DNA of 64,000 nucleotides from assembly GCA_004431415.1 (NCBI GenBank), contig QPMI01000414.1, positions 113,257 through 177,256 of the forward strand, written 5' to 3'. This document shows, piece after piece, positions 25,601 through 35,209 of the stretch. The notes under the pieces are model-generated. The model did not search any database and was not told the origin of the DNA. It saw only the letters and a program-made list of their open reading frames with translations. Source of the DNA: Cyanophora paradoxa CCMP329 (lineage: Eukaryota > Plantae > Glaucophyta). The position numbers and the translations under genes are program-made. How positions within the stretch are numbered: position 1 is the stretch's first letter; each line of letters opens with the position of its first letter.

Positions 25601-26844
25601 CCGGGGACAGCACGCGCTACCCCGCCCGCTCCCGCATCCTCTACCGTCCGCCCGCCCGCCCGCCAGCCCCGCGACGGCCCTCTCGCTTTTCCTAGAGTTC
25701 GACGCGCCGCCGCAGAGGCGCCCTGCGTGTGGGACTCGGCGACGGGCGTCTCGCGGGAGGGCTGCACCCCCGCCGAGATCAGCGAGGGCGCATACGTGCG
25801 CCCCGCCCTCCCGCCGCCGCCGACGACGACAGCCCTTTGACGTCCGGCGCCCCTCGCAGTACGACTTCGGCGTGACGACTATCCTGCAGGCGCGCGCGGG
25901 CAGATCTAGAGCCGAGCCTGCTTCTCCATCCCCCGCCTCCGCTGACCTGCCTCCCCGCCCCGCCCCGCGCCTCGCGCCGGCGCAGTTCTTCATGGAGAAG
26001 TGCCAGGACGTCTACGAGGAGTTCCGATGCAGCGTCGAGGCGCGCGCCCCGCCCGCTTAGTAGTTTACTTTAGTTGTTTTAATTCGTTGAGGCGCGCGCC
26101 CCGCCCCTCGTTGGTTTAATTTATTTTAGGAGCGCGCCCCGCCCCCCGTCGATCTCTCTCGGCCGCCGACTCTCTCCACCGCAGGACTGCGGGAGGGCGC
26201 CGGCGGGGGGCGCCTTCTCCACGACGGACGTGAGCCCCGAGGCCTTCGACGCGTCGCGGCGCGTGGACCCCGCCCGCATCGCGGCGCGCACCAAGGTCCT
26301 AGACGAGCTCATCAACAGCGTGCGCCCCCGCGCGCCGCCCCTGCCCGGCCCGGCCCGCTCGAACTCGCACACAATTAATTTCGCAATATCGCCGGGCAGC
26401 GGCTGGACTCGTCGCTGGTGAGCGAGCTCGACGCCTTCGTCGACGAGGCCCTCTCCAGCAACGCCGTGCGCCGCGCCCTCTCGCATTGTGCTAGAGGAGC
26501 CGAAAAGAGACCTAGGAATCGAAGAAAGCTTCGATCGAAAATGAAATAACGAATCTTCTATCATAAAAAACCTAATTCAGCTCTAGATGTAGTGTGCGAG
26601 ATCCGAGTCGAGCTTAATTTGAACTCGCGCGCAGCTGGTGGGGGCGGTGGAGGCCTCGGTGCTCGCCTTCGTCGTCGCCTTCCTCGCGCTCCTCTACCTC
26701 CTCCTCTTCCGCCCGATGGTCCGCCGCCTGCGCGCCGAGAGCGGCCGCGTGGCGCACCTGCTTGAGCTCGTCCCCGCCGACGTCGTCCGCGCCGTGCCCT
26801 ACCTCCACCAGTACTACACCAACGCCGCCGACCTCGCCCCTTAG
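16678..26844 (+). CDS. Large host multi-exon membrane protein, TmcB/TmcC (tiny macrocysts)-like
   Basis: N-terminal multi-TM exons, PYYRPRVNAYRSG, FAQGMRQFPDSSFVQLCYAQF, YTILAKKFPNSKALLRSYGAFLADIANQADAAAVHFQRADEIEE (TmcB-type TPR-like region), later TM segments and C-terminal LFRPMVRRLRAESGRVAHLLELVPADVV; start codon uncertain. Confidence 0.65.
17426..17876 (-). mobile_element. tRNA-derived SINE with poly(A) tail and about 19-20 bp target-site duplication
   Basis: Minus strand: A box TAGTCGAGCGG, B box GGTTCGAATCC, about 370 nt body, A10 tail (T run 17426-17435); flanked by cgtacccccc(c)tgataccc at 17407-17425 and cgtacccccccttgataccc at 17877-17896. Confidence 0.85.
18331..18452. repeat. 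Intronic 18-bp minisatellite
   Basis: About 6-7 degenerate copies of gagccttgagcgtttgct. Confidence 0.8.
19693..19771. repeat. Intronic 39-bp tandem duplication
   Basis: tcatacaaagtctcgacttctcatgaagtctatagtct present twice. Confidence 0.85.
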
Positions 26845-27781
26845 AAGCCGCCATGTGATCTTTTCCGCCATGTGTAAAGCTATTACCAGCTAGGTTCTAT
26901 ATCGCGGCAGCTTCTAATATTACGTCTTTGTATATTCCAGACATTATGATCGGGTCCAGCACCGGCGCCTACTAGTCTACAGCTTTGTTTTTTTTGGAAA
27001 AGCCCCGAGGGCATATCAGTATATTAGTTAGGCCAGCCCCGCGTATATCCCCGCTGGGGGGCCACAAAGGACGGACTGTGGACATGCTAAGGATGCTGTG
27101 GAGCCTAAGAGCGAGTACTACAGTAGCTACAAGTAGGTGCGGGCCTCGAAGGTACGGATGCGGGTGGGTGGATATGGAGGGGGGAGGTGGGTGCGGTCGT
27201 GAGGTTGCAGTGCTGAGGGGGGGGGCGGGGGTGGGGGGTAGTAGTAGAGCGGGTGTAGGGAGGGGTGGACCTGAAAGGGGAAAGGGAGAGAGAGAGAGAG
27301 AGAAAGAAAGAGAGAGGAGGGAGCAAGGCTGCGAAGAGAGAAAGAAGGCAGGGAGCGGAGCTGAAAGAGTACGCTAGCTGAAAGGGTCTACTGGGTGGTG
27401 TCGGCGTCTGCACCGGCAGCGTCTGCGCCGCCGGCCTCATCCTCATCACCGGCCTCGTCCGCGCCGGTGGCTGCGCCGCCGCCAGCTTCGTCCTCGCCGG
27501 CAGCCTCGGGATCGTAGGCGTTGTCTGCGGCTCCGGCCGTGGGGCCGGGGGCCGCGGGGGCGAGGCGTCGGCGGGCGGACACGGGGGGTGTGAGGAAGCG
27601 GACATGGGGGGGCGTCAGGAAGCGGCGTGGGCGGCAGGGTGCGTGGCGGCGGCGGCGGCGGCGGCAGGGCGCGCGGCGGCGGCGGGGGGGGGGGGGGGGG
27701 GGGCGTGAGGGCGTCACGTACCCTGCCCCTGGGTCGCCGGGGGGGTGGGGGGGGTGGGGGGGGGGAGCTTGTGGAGGCGGG

Positions 27782-27903
27782 CTCGCCGAGGCGGCCGCGC
27801 CAGGCGGAGAAGCCTGTGACCACCTACTCGAGGCGGCCGTCGTCAAGCTCGCCGAGGCGGCCGCGCCAGGCGGAGAAGCCTGTGACCAGCTACTCGAGGC
27901 GGC
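27782..27903. repeat. Direct repeat of about 66 bp
   Basis: ctcgccgaggcggccgcgccaggcggagaagcctgtgacca(c/g)ctactcgaggcggc present twice. Confidence 0.8.
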
Positions 27904-28470
27904 TACTAGTCTACAGCTATATAATGTCGCTTTCGTTGGTGGACTTCGTGTTCTATCATGAATATTAATCAAAAACAATCTGCTCGGATAGGTCCGGCCA
28001 GGCAGGAAGGGGGTTGCCCCCCTCCGGAGTTCCCACGCGCCGCTGTTTCTAGCGGCTCGGCCGGACCCTATATCATGAATATTAATCGAGATAGCCGATC
28101 GATAAGTCTTCGCCGGCTTATTATCAACAAGAACCCTAGGCCTATTAATAGTATTCATCGAAAGCCGCTGACTAGATGACTACTAGGCTAGATTCAGCCG
28201 GTGATCCCGCGTACGGTTCATGATCAACGGTTATTAGTCGGATAATGCCATGATGGTCACGCGTACGTACACGACTCGGCGAGGATGCATGTGGGGAGCA
28301 AAGCAAAACGAGACTTCAGCTGCATGAGAGAAAATTCAAGCTCGAGGGATCATCAGATCGAATTCAGGGGGAAAAGCGATCTGAAATTCAAAATTTAGAG
28401 AAAGATCTGGCTAGAGTACTATCTAGCTAGTCGACGGGAGTCGGGAGGACTAGGACGCCGGCCGAGCGCC

Positions 28471-29760
28471 ATGGCGGCGTCGGCTTTCGCGGCTTTTGCT
28501 GCACCTGTGGCGAACTGCAGCATCCGCCCTTCGGTTTCTGGCGGCGTCGTGCATCAGCTGCAGCATGCGCATGCACCGATTGCAATTGCGATCTCGGCCG
28601 CTCCTCATCAGCCGCTCAATTTGCTCCGTGGGCCCACAAAGCGTGAAATTATCGACGCTCGTGGCGTCGCCCGCTCTAGATCCAGGTGAGCGCGAAACTC
28701 GTACTCGATCGCGGGTTTCCTCGATCGGTCTGTCGCCCCAATTGCAAGCTCACGCGCAGTCCCTTCGCAGATCTCGCGATTGTAAGCGTACTTGGCACAT
28801 CAGCGTGCAGTCCTGGGGAGCGGCGCCACGTGCAAAGCTCTTTTCGCGGCCTAATCGCGAAAATCGCGATGACGACGTCGACGTCGACGCGGGCGGCGGC
28901 TATTTTGAAGGCTCGGGACAGCAGCTTCAGCCACAACCGAATTCGAAGTCGATCGCGAAGGCCGCGAGACAGCTGCAGGCGGACATTATCAGCAGCGCCA
29001 GCAAAGTCTACACCCCCGAGTATCTGATCGCGCTCGCCGCCCCGGTTCTCGTCGTCGCGAGCCTCCCGAAGATGCCGTGCACGTGCATGTGGCCATGGGG
29101 ATCGTGCGCCGTCGCCGTGGCGCTTTCGTTCGGCAGTCTCGCGCAATGGTACTTGGAGTTGCGCGTCCTCAAAGCTGGTTGGAAGTCGCTGAGTGCCGAC
29201 TTCAAAGCTTTTGAGTGCGTACGCGTACTAATATTGCACGTGCACGCTCATGATATCGGCCATCACATCTGTTTTTGTTCCATCGACCTGCATTGAATAT
29301 TAATTGAATATGCGACATTTTGCAATTGCTAAGTAATGCGAGCGCAGGTCTCAACTCCACGAGTGGGAGGCCGAAGGGGGCTTGATCAACAGGCAGATTG
29401 AAGGACTCTCCGAGACCTACGAGGTGCGAAGCGCGTATATAAATGTCGACCCACCCGGCCCGGCCCGCGGCGCGCGCGGCCCACGATCCCTACAGTGGGC
29501 GATTCGGGAGGAGAGCGCTCTAGATCTGCGACTGAGCCATGCGCTGGGCGGGATCGGCCAGGGCGAGCTCCGCTTCCGCCTCTCGCGCCTCGCCGCGCTC
29601 AGCGATGAGCTGAACGGCGAGGGTCTCATCATCCAAACCGCCGCGAAGCACGTGCGCCGATAGCTGGGCCCGCCGCGTCGCGATCGATTTCCGATCATGA
29701 TTATTTATACCTGCGCCTCAGGGCCTAATCGATTTTTGTTTCTTTGCAGTGTACCTCGCG
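28471..29760 (+). pseudogene. Host gene with transit-peptide-like N-terminus, interrupted by the viral insertion
   Basis: MAASAFAAFAAPV start, GT..AG exon chain; last acceptor (tttgcag ending 29749) is followed by only 11 nt before the element begins. Confidence 0.5.
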
Positions 29761-29855
29761 ACACATATTGAAAAACGAATTTAAATCCCTCGTTCATCTC
29801 GATCGCTTCGCGATCTCGATTCACTCTGGATTTAAATTCGTTTTTCAATATGTGT
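29761..29855. repeat. Terminal 95-nt fold-back hairpin (left)
   Basis: 28-bp perfect arms acacatattgaaaaacgaatttaaatcc / ggatttaaattcgtttttcaatatgtgt around a 39-nt loop containing gatcgc-ttc-gcgatc. Confidence 0.95.
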
Positions 29856-30178
29856 TAATTTAACTACTAAAATACATATTTATCGATTAATTTCTTTAAC
29901 TTTTTATGCAAACTTTGTATAAATTAATGCAAACTTTGTATTAAAAAATGATAAACGCGTTTAATTTAATGCATATTCACGATTGATTCGATCGATATTA
30001 TATCGATATATTATGTTCTTTGTCGATTACATATATAACTTCGATTGATTAACATTAAACTACTTAAAGAACGATATAATCGCGATTAATTCGCATAAAT
30101 TCGCATAAATTCGCATAAACTCGATATATCTCTCTGGTATTGAAGTAGACCACCGCCCATTCTGTATCGAAAAACGCA

Positions 30179-30645
30179 AAAAGTGTCACAGAGTTGCATC
30201 ATGTCCAATTAAACAATCGATGGAATTGCGGATTTACATTTTTGCACCGAAAAAGTGTCACAGAGTTGCATTATGTCCAATTAAACAATCGATCAGATTG
30301 CGGGATTTTCTATTGGAATATATCGGAACTGCATCACGTCCAATTAAACAATCGATGGAATTGCGGATTTACATTTTTGCACCGAAAAAGTGTCACAGAG
30401 TTGCATCATGTCCAATTAAACAATCGATGGAATTGCGGATTTACATTTTTGCACCGAAAAAGTGTCACAGAGTTGCATTATGTCCAATTAAACAATCGAT
30501 CAGATTGCGGGATTTTCTATTGGAATATATCGGAACTGCATCACGTCCAATTAAACAATCGATGGAATTGCGGATTTACATTTTTGCACCGAAAAAGTGT
30601 CACAGAGTTGCATGGTCTCCAATTGAACAATCGATTAGATTGCAT
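30179..30645. repeat. Subterminal tandem array of 72-bp and 63-bp units within the left TIR
   Basis: Core tgcatYaYgtccaattaaacaatcgat repeated in order X-Y-X-X-Y-X-Z. Confidence 0.9.
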
Positions 30646-30756
30646 ATGTTCTATAAAACAGAATAATTGAGATCAAGTGTGACAGGTAGTATTCAAATGA
30701 TATTCAGTAAGAGATAGTTTTGTTTTTGAGAAAGTCAGTAAGAGGGGTGGAATGTC

Positions 30757-31192
30757 TGTGACGCCTGTGACGGCTGTGACGCCTGTTTTCAGAAGTCTGT
30801 CATTTTTGAAAATTTTAAAAAGTTTGAAAGTAGGTGTCACAGGCGTCACAGGCGTCACACTCAATTAAATTAGGTGTCACAGCGAAATTGCAGACCATTT
30901 CCAGTAAGACAACTTCGCATTTTCGGAAAGGTGGATTAATGGATAGTGTTTTGTAGGTGTCAGAGGTGTCACAAGACGGATTTCAGTAAGACAAGAATAT
31001 ATTTTTGAATATCTCAGTAAGAGAAAGAGATTCCATTTTTAATTGGGTGTGACGCCTGTGACGGCTGTGACGGCTGTTTTAAGAAGTCTGTCATTTTTGA
31101 AAATTTTAAAAAGTTTGAAAGTAGGCGTCACAGGCGTCACAGGCGTCACAGTCAATTAAAGAGGCGTCACAGTCAATTAAATAGGTGTCACA
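30757..31192. repeat. Two iteron-like modules (inverted arrays of 9-mer TGTGACGCC around an AT-rich core) in the left TIR
   Basis: (tgtgacgcc)x3 ... ttttgaaaattttaaaaagtttgaaa ... (ggcgtcaca)x3 at 30757-30881 and 31048-31192. Confidence 0.85.
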
Positions 31193-31251
31193 CCCGATTA
31201 TCTGACCATTTTCAGTAAGACCATCTGAAATTCTGAATTTCTCAGTGTCAA

Positions 31252-31653
31252 CTAACTCGGAAATCGCAATACTCTATGTTTCTCCGATTTCTCCAACCCT
31301 GAAAACACACCTGTTATTCTCTCATCTATCTCATGAGATACTCTCGTGGTTTTTCTTTCTGCTTCTAATCCACAACTGAATATATCAATCGCCAACATAC
31401 CTTCATTTGAGTAACAATGAGCAGTGCAATGACTCTCATCCAGCAGAAGAACCATTGCAAAACCAGGAGGAGAAATACCACCATCGAAAATCTCGCAATG
31501 CTTGTGAACTACTCGAATACCTTGCTCTTGAACAATAGTTTGTAAGAACTGCATTAACCACCGGGTTGTTGTCTCCAAGTTTTCCACTCCTACTGCTAAT
31601 TGGGTTCTGAATTTGTAATCCAGCATCACATGGAAACCTCGATGAGTATTCAT
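31252..31653 (-). CDS. speD: S-adenosylmethionine decarboxylase-like proenzyme (prokaryotic class 1B, pyruvoyl-dependent)
   Basis: 133 aa; G.H.MLD, PPGFAMVLLLDESHCTAHCY.NEG...IDIFSCG with the E/SH autocleavage site and the D.FSCG motif. Confidence 0.85.
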   Translation of the reverse strand: MNTHRGFHVMLDYKFRTQLAVGVENLETTTRWLMQFLQTIVQEQGIRVVHKHCEIFDGGISPPGFAMVLLLDESHCTAHCYSNEGMLAIDIFSCGLEAERKTTRVSHEIDERITGVFSGLEKSEKHRVLRFPS

Positions 31654-31839
31654 TTATGAATAATTTAGAAAAATTAAAAACGCGATTGGTAGAATGCGAA
31701 CCATCTTAGCAAGAGTGCTACCATATGAGTTGGTGGATATCATTCTGTTGCACTACCACAAGACCTGTCCCAACTGTTTTGATACATGCATAATCACAAA
31801 GGGAAAATGGGGCAAGATCCTCATCTCTCTCTCAAAGAT

Positions 31840-32112
31840 CTAATCAAAGTACAGTACCACTGGTTTATCATCTATAACAATTCCTGATGTCGTCTTTTTT
31901 CTATATGCATGAGAGGATTTCTTGTTGCATTCTCTGCATCCACTTCCCCTTACATGATTAAATGGGTAGGTTTGCAGGATCTTGTTGCATTTAAGGCATC
32001 TAACAGAGACCTTCTCTTGTGCTTTCTTATACACTGTCTCACTATAATCGAATTTAGCATCACCATGAACCATCATTGCAGATTCTATGAATTTCTTTGT
32101 TTTATCATCCAT
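31840..32112 (-). CDS. Small zinc-ribbon protein (DUF723/CapR-like repeat seen with large-virus homing endonucleases)
   Basis: KFIESAMMVHGDAKFDYSETVY...KVSVRCLKC...NHVRGSGCREC. Confidence 0.6.
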   Translation of the reverse strand: MDDKTKKFIESAMMVHGDAKFDYSETVYKKAQEKVSVRCLKCNKILQTYPFNHVRGSGCRECNKKSSHAYRKKTTSGIVIDDKPVVLYFD

Positions 32113-32139
32113 CCCTCTCTCTATATATACCTGAGATTT

Positions 32140-32967
32140 CTATGGAGCAGTATCCTGCCCGAAAATGGGGAAGTATCGATTTGTGCCGTAATATTCTGCA
32201 TATGTATTCTGTTTTGCAATAGCATCGGTTCTCTCAGCATAGAGAATGCATTTGTAGATACCAAACCTGGTGGCTCTCACCAAGAACTGGTAATCTTCAA
32301 GACCGAAATTCACTCCATGATAAGCAATTCCGAAATTGTCATATGGGGTGATCACAACTGCAATATTTGGGGTTCCACCCTCTACTTGACAGACAGCATA
32401 AACATCTGGTGGAATATCCACGACCACCTTGTAGTGGTCACCAATCTCAACAAGAGAATCAACTACTGATGTCTGTTCATTCACAACAATTGGGAAGATC
32501 TTGATAATATATGGTGCATTCATACTGGGGACATAGGTGCGAATTCTGGTGTTGGGATCAATGGGATTGGGTTGGTCATTTACGAAAAGAGGCGCACCAA
32601 CAGCTCCACCAATCCGAAGACCATCACCAATATATGCTCCCCCCGTTTTGCAGTTAATAGCTCCCGACCGAGATTCAAAAGAATAAGTAGAAAGAGGATC
32701 ACCATAACTGTCTGGGTCTCCATAATGGGCAGAAAAGTTTGCATTTGTGACAAGGAGTTTCGTTGTCTTAACTATTCCATTATTTTTATCACATCTGAGT
32801 TCCTGCAATCTCAGTTTATGGGTGGAACCAAATGTATTCATGGTAGGTTGTACTTCTGTCGATTGGAGACCTTCTACATCATCAAAGGTAGCATGCTGCA
32901 AAACGTGATTTGCAGGTGCTGCTAATGAGAGTTGGGGTGTAATAATTCGCTCTACTGGGGCAGCCAT
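32140..32967 (-). CDS. Fibre/spike-like paralogue 4 (shared N-terminal domain, unique C-terminus)
   Basis: ELRCDKNNGIVKTTKLLVTN...GGAYIGDG shared with three neighbouring genes. Confidence 0.6.
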   Translation of the reverse strand: MAAPVERIITPQLSLAAPANHVLQHATFDDVEGLQSTEVQPTMNTFGSTHKLRLQELRCDKNNGIVKTTKLLVTNANFSAHYGDPDSYGDPLSTYSFESRSGAINCKTGGAYIGDGLRIGGAVGAPLFVNDQPNPIDPNTRIRTYVPSMNAPYIIKIFPIVVNEQTSVVDSLVEIGDHYKVVVDIPPDVYAVCQVEGGTPNIAVVITPYDNFGIAYHGVNFGLEDYQFLVRATRFGIYKCILYAERTDAIAKQNTYAEYYGTNRYFPIFGQDTAP

Positions 32968-32990
32968 TTTACATTAAAGTGATATATAAT

Positions 32991-33845
32991 TTATGGGGTT
33001 GGGTCATCAATCACATCTGGTTCCTGGTAAAACCCTGTTGTGAAGATATCTGCAACGTTTACCCCTCGAAGTGCCGAAACAGCTGCTATATCTGTCCTCA
33101 GTCCCATAATCATAGTATTGTAAACTCCAACCTCAGTTACAAACAAATCATAGGTAAATGTCAAATTGTTATAAACACAATATCCTCGACCGAAATGGTT
33201 TGATGCTTGAACAAAGAATAGGTAATTATGACCTGTTTGATTGTTGTTTGCTCTGCACATAGATAGCATTGCTGTGGGAAGCGGAATATTTCTTCTTACT
33301 CGATCAGTTCCTGTTATAATAACCAATTCCGAATTTTCAAGAGTGACAGAGGAAGCAACATAGAAATGTAGAAAAGGTTGCTGTGCAACTGGTGTATAGA
33401 AACGTATTCGTTGGGGATTCTCTACATTTTGTTCAAGAGTATCTGGGACATCATTATACGAAACTGATGAAGAGAGTTGTCCTGAAACATGACAACCACC
33501 ACCAATAAATGCTCCTCCTGATCTCACAGTAACAGCAGCAGAATTCTTGTCGAAATCGAGGGCTTTCAGATCAACACTGTAAGCATCAGGACCTCCATTA
33601 GTAGGTTGGAAGAAATTCGCATTTGAGACAAGGAGTCGAGTTGTTTTAACTACACCCGAATTCTTATCTGCTCTCAGTTCTTTAACTCGAATAATCGAAT
33701 TCTTATCAAATGAGTTACCATTGGAATTGGGTCTCTCTGTGGATTCTAAACCACGAACCTCATCATTAACTTCATGCTGGCGAAAGTGCATAGCAGGGGA
33801 TCCAAGGGAATATATTGGAAGTTGAACTCGATTATATTCACCCAT
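32991..33845 (-). CDS. Fibre/spike-like paralogue 3
   Basis: KELRADKNSGVVKTTRLLVSN...SGGAFIGGG; probable start MGEYNR at 33845. Confidence 0.6.
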   Translation of the reverse strand: MGEYNRVQLPIYSLGSPAMHFRQHEVNDEVRGLESTERPNSNGNSFDKNSIIRVKELRADKNSGVVKTTRLLVSNANFFQPTNGGPDAYSVDLKALDFDKNSAAVTVRSGGAFIGGGCHVSGQLSSSVSYNDVPDTLEQNVENPQRIRFYTPVAQQPFLHFYVASSVTLENSELVIITGTDRVRRNIPLPTAMLSMCRANNNQTGHNYLFFVQASNHFGRGYCVYNNLTFTYDLFVTEVGVYNTMIMGLRTDIAAVSALRGVNVADIFTTGFYQEPDVIDDPTP

Positions 33846-33883
33846 TGCTTCTTTTACTAAGAAGGAAAGAAAAATAATGTACA

Positions 33884-34147
33884 CTACTCTTCTGTGACAT
33901 TGTTATACTCGATGCCTTTCTTTACAGTTCCCCTTTGGAATGCCTGTAAAACAATCGCTTCCTTGGAGGTAGGTATTTGGATACCAGCTGAAATGCAAGA
34001 TTGAATTTCTTTCTGAACAATCTCATCAATTGCAATTCTTGCCCTGTTGTGAACCACATTATCAATCCAATCCTGAACAGAAGCAGCGCAATATTCCATT
34101 CCCAACTTCTCAATATCAGATAGAACTACTTGGTATATATTTGACAT
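33884..34147 (-). CDS. Small helical protein resembling hypothetical proteins beside C1q fibres in aquatic phages (possible fibre chaperone)
   Basis: MEYCAASVQDWIDNVVHNRARIAIDEIV...GIQIPTSKEAIV..AF..G.VK; recalled similarity, not searched. Confidence 0.5.
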   Translation of the reverse strand: MSNIYQVVLSDIEKLGMEYCAASVQDWIDNVVHNRARIAIDEIVQKEIQSCISAGIQIPTSKEAIVLQAFQRGTVKKGIEYNNVTEE

Positions 34148-34168
34148 CTCTACTTAATAGAGAGAAAA

Positions 34169-35187
34169 TTATGTGATACTTAGAAGTTCACCTGTGAAAA
34201 GTGTTCTACTTGAATAACTACCTGTGGAACCTGTGACAAGTGTTACATACTCACCAGCAGGAACATTGATAATTGCACTGAGAGTAAGAGGTTTGGTTGT
34301 GATAGTGGAATTAGCTTCTACTGAAATGTTAACTCCATTGGGTAAAAGATTATTTTTCAGAAAACTAAGACTTATTGCAGCACTTGTTGTTGAATTGGTA
34401 TATGCTGTAAATCTATAATCACCTGCAACAAGAGCTGTAAACCTTCCATTAGTAACATCGAATGACCCTGTATTATTTATCAAAACGGTTGTCCAATTGA
34501 TCAGAGCGGCTGCACTTGTAGCAACATGAGTATATCCAAGTTGAACAGAAAATCGTGGCTGAGAAACATATTTTAAATAGCTTGAATTCAGAGTCAAACG
34601 ATTGGCTTCCAGAGTTGCAACTACATCACTATTGCGTTTCAGAAGAAGATTTACATTCGCTCCTGTATCTATTTCAGGAGTGACCACCTTGGTTGATGCT
34701 GTTATTATTGATTCTGTGGAATTGGGAATACTAATTCCAGCATTTGCTGTTACCAATCCTGTAAATGTGCTTGTTCCTGTTATGCTTACTTGATTGGCTG
34801 TAAGGGTTCCATCAATCCTCGCCCATCTCCAATATAAGCGCCTCCACTTCTTACTACAAGAGCTGAGTTATTGATGGTGTTGTCAAAGGTAACAATCTTT
34901 GGTGTGGTGAACCCTCCCACATCATCATAAATCGCTGAATCTGATAAAATCTGACCTGATTGAACTTGGTTCTTGTTTGAGACTATTAGACCTGTGGTTC
35001 TCACCTTGCCTGCATTTCGATCACATCGAATTTCTTTGCATCTGATCACAGAATGTTGAGAGAATGAATCGGCTCCTGTGGTCTCTGTGCAAATGAAACC
35101 TGGGGTAGCATCTGTTACTGTATGGTTCAGTTGATGCAATTTCGGCGCTGCATAACAGAAAACAGGAACAGCTATTTGTGTAGACAT
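34169..35187 (-). CDS. Fibre-like paralogue 2 with C-terminal C1q domain (one frameshift near 34800)
   Basis: N-term KEIRCDRNAGKVRTTGLIVSN...SGGAYIGDG; C-term PRFSV...NNTGSFDVTNGRFTALVAGDYRF...FTGELL (C1q signature). Confidence 0.7.
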
Positions 35188-35209
35188 TCTTTATATTATA
35201 CAAACAATA

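Larger units (their letters stand above)
29761..31347 (+). repeat. Left terminal inverted repeat (about 1587 bp)
   Basis: Reverse complement of 55294-56671 apart from scattered mismatches and three extra tandem units; identity ends at ...gatactctcgt (31347). Confidence 0.93.

Noticed and set aside
89-28200. Numerous long Arg/Pro/Gly/Ala-rich six-frame ORFs
   Set aside because: Shadow frames expected in very GC-rich intron-containing DNA; real genes were assigned only where motifs join across splice sites.
30179-30645. CRISPR-like array (constant core of about 27 bp with spacers)
   Set aside because: The spacers are themselves repeated and of only two or three types, there are no cas genes, and the array lies in a viral TIR; it is a tandem repeat.
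30194-30670. 158-aa and 148-aa repetitive ORFs in the left TIR
   Set aside because: Open only because the unit lengths (72, 63) are multiples of three; not preserved at the same length in the right TIR.
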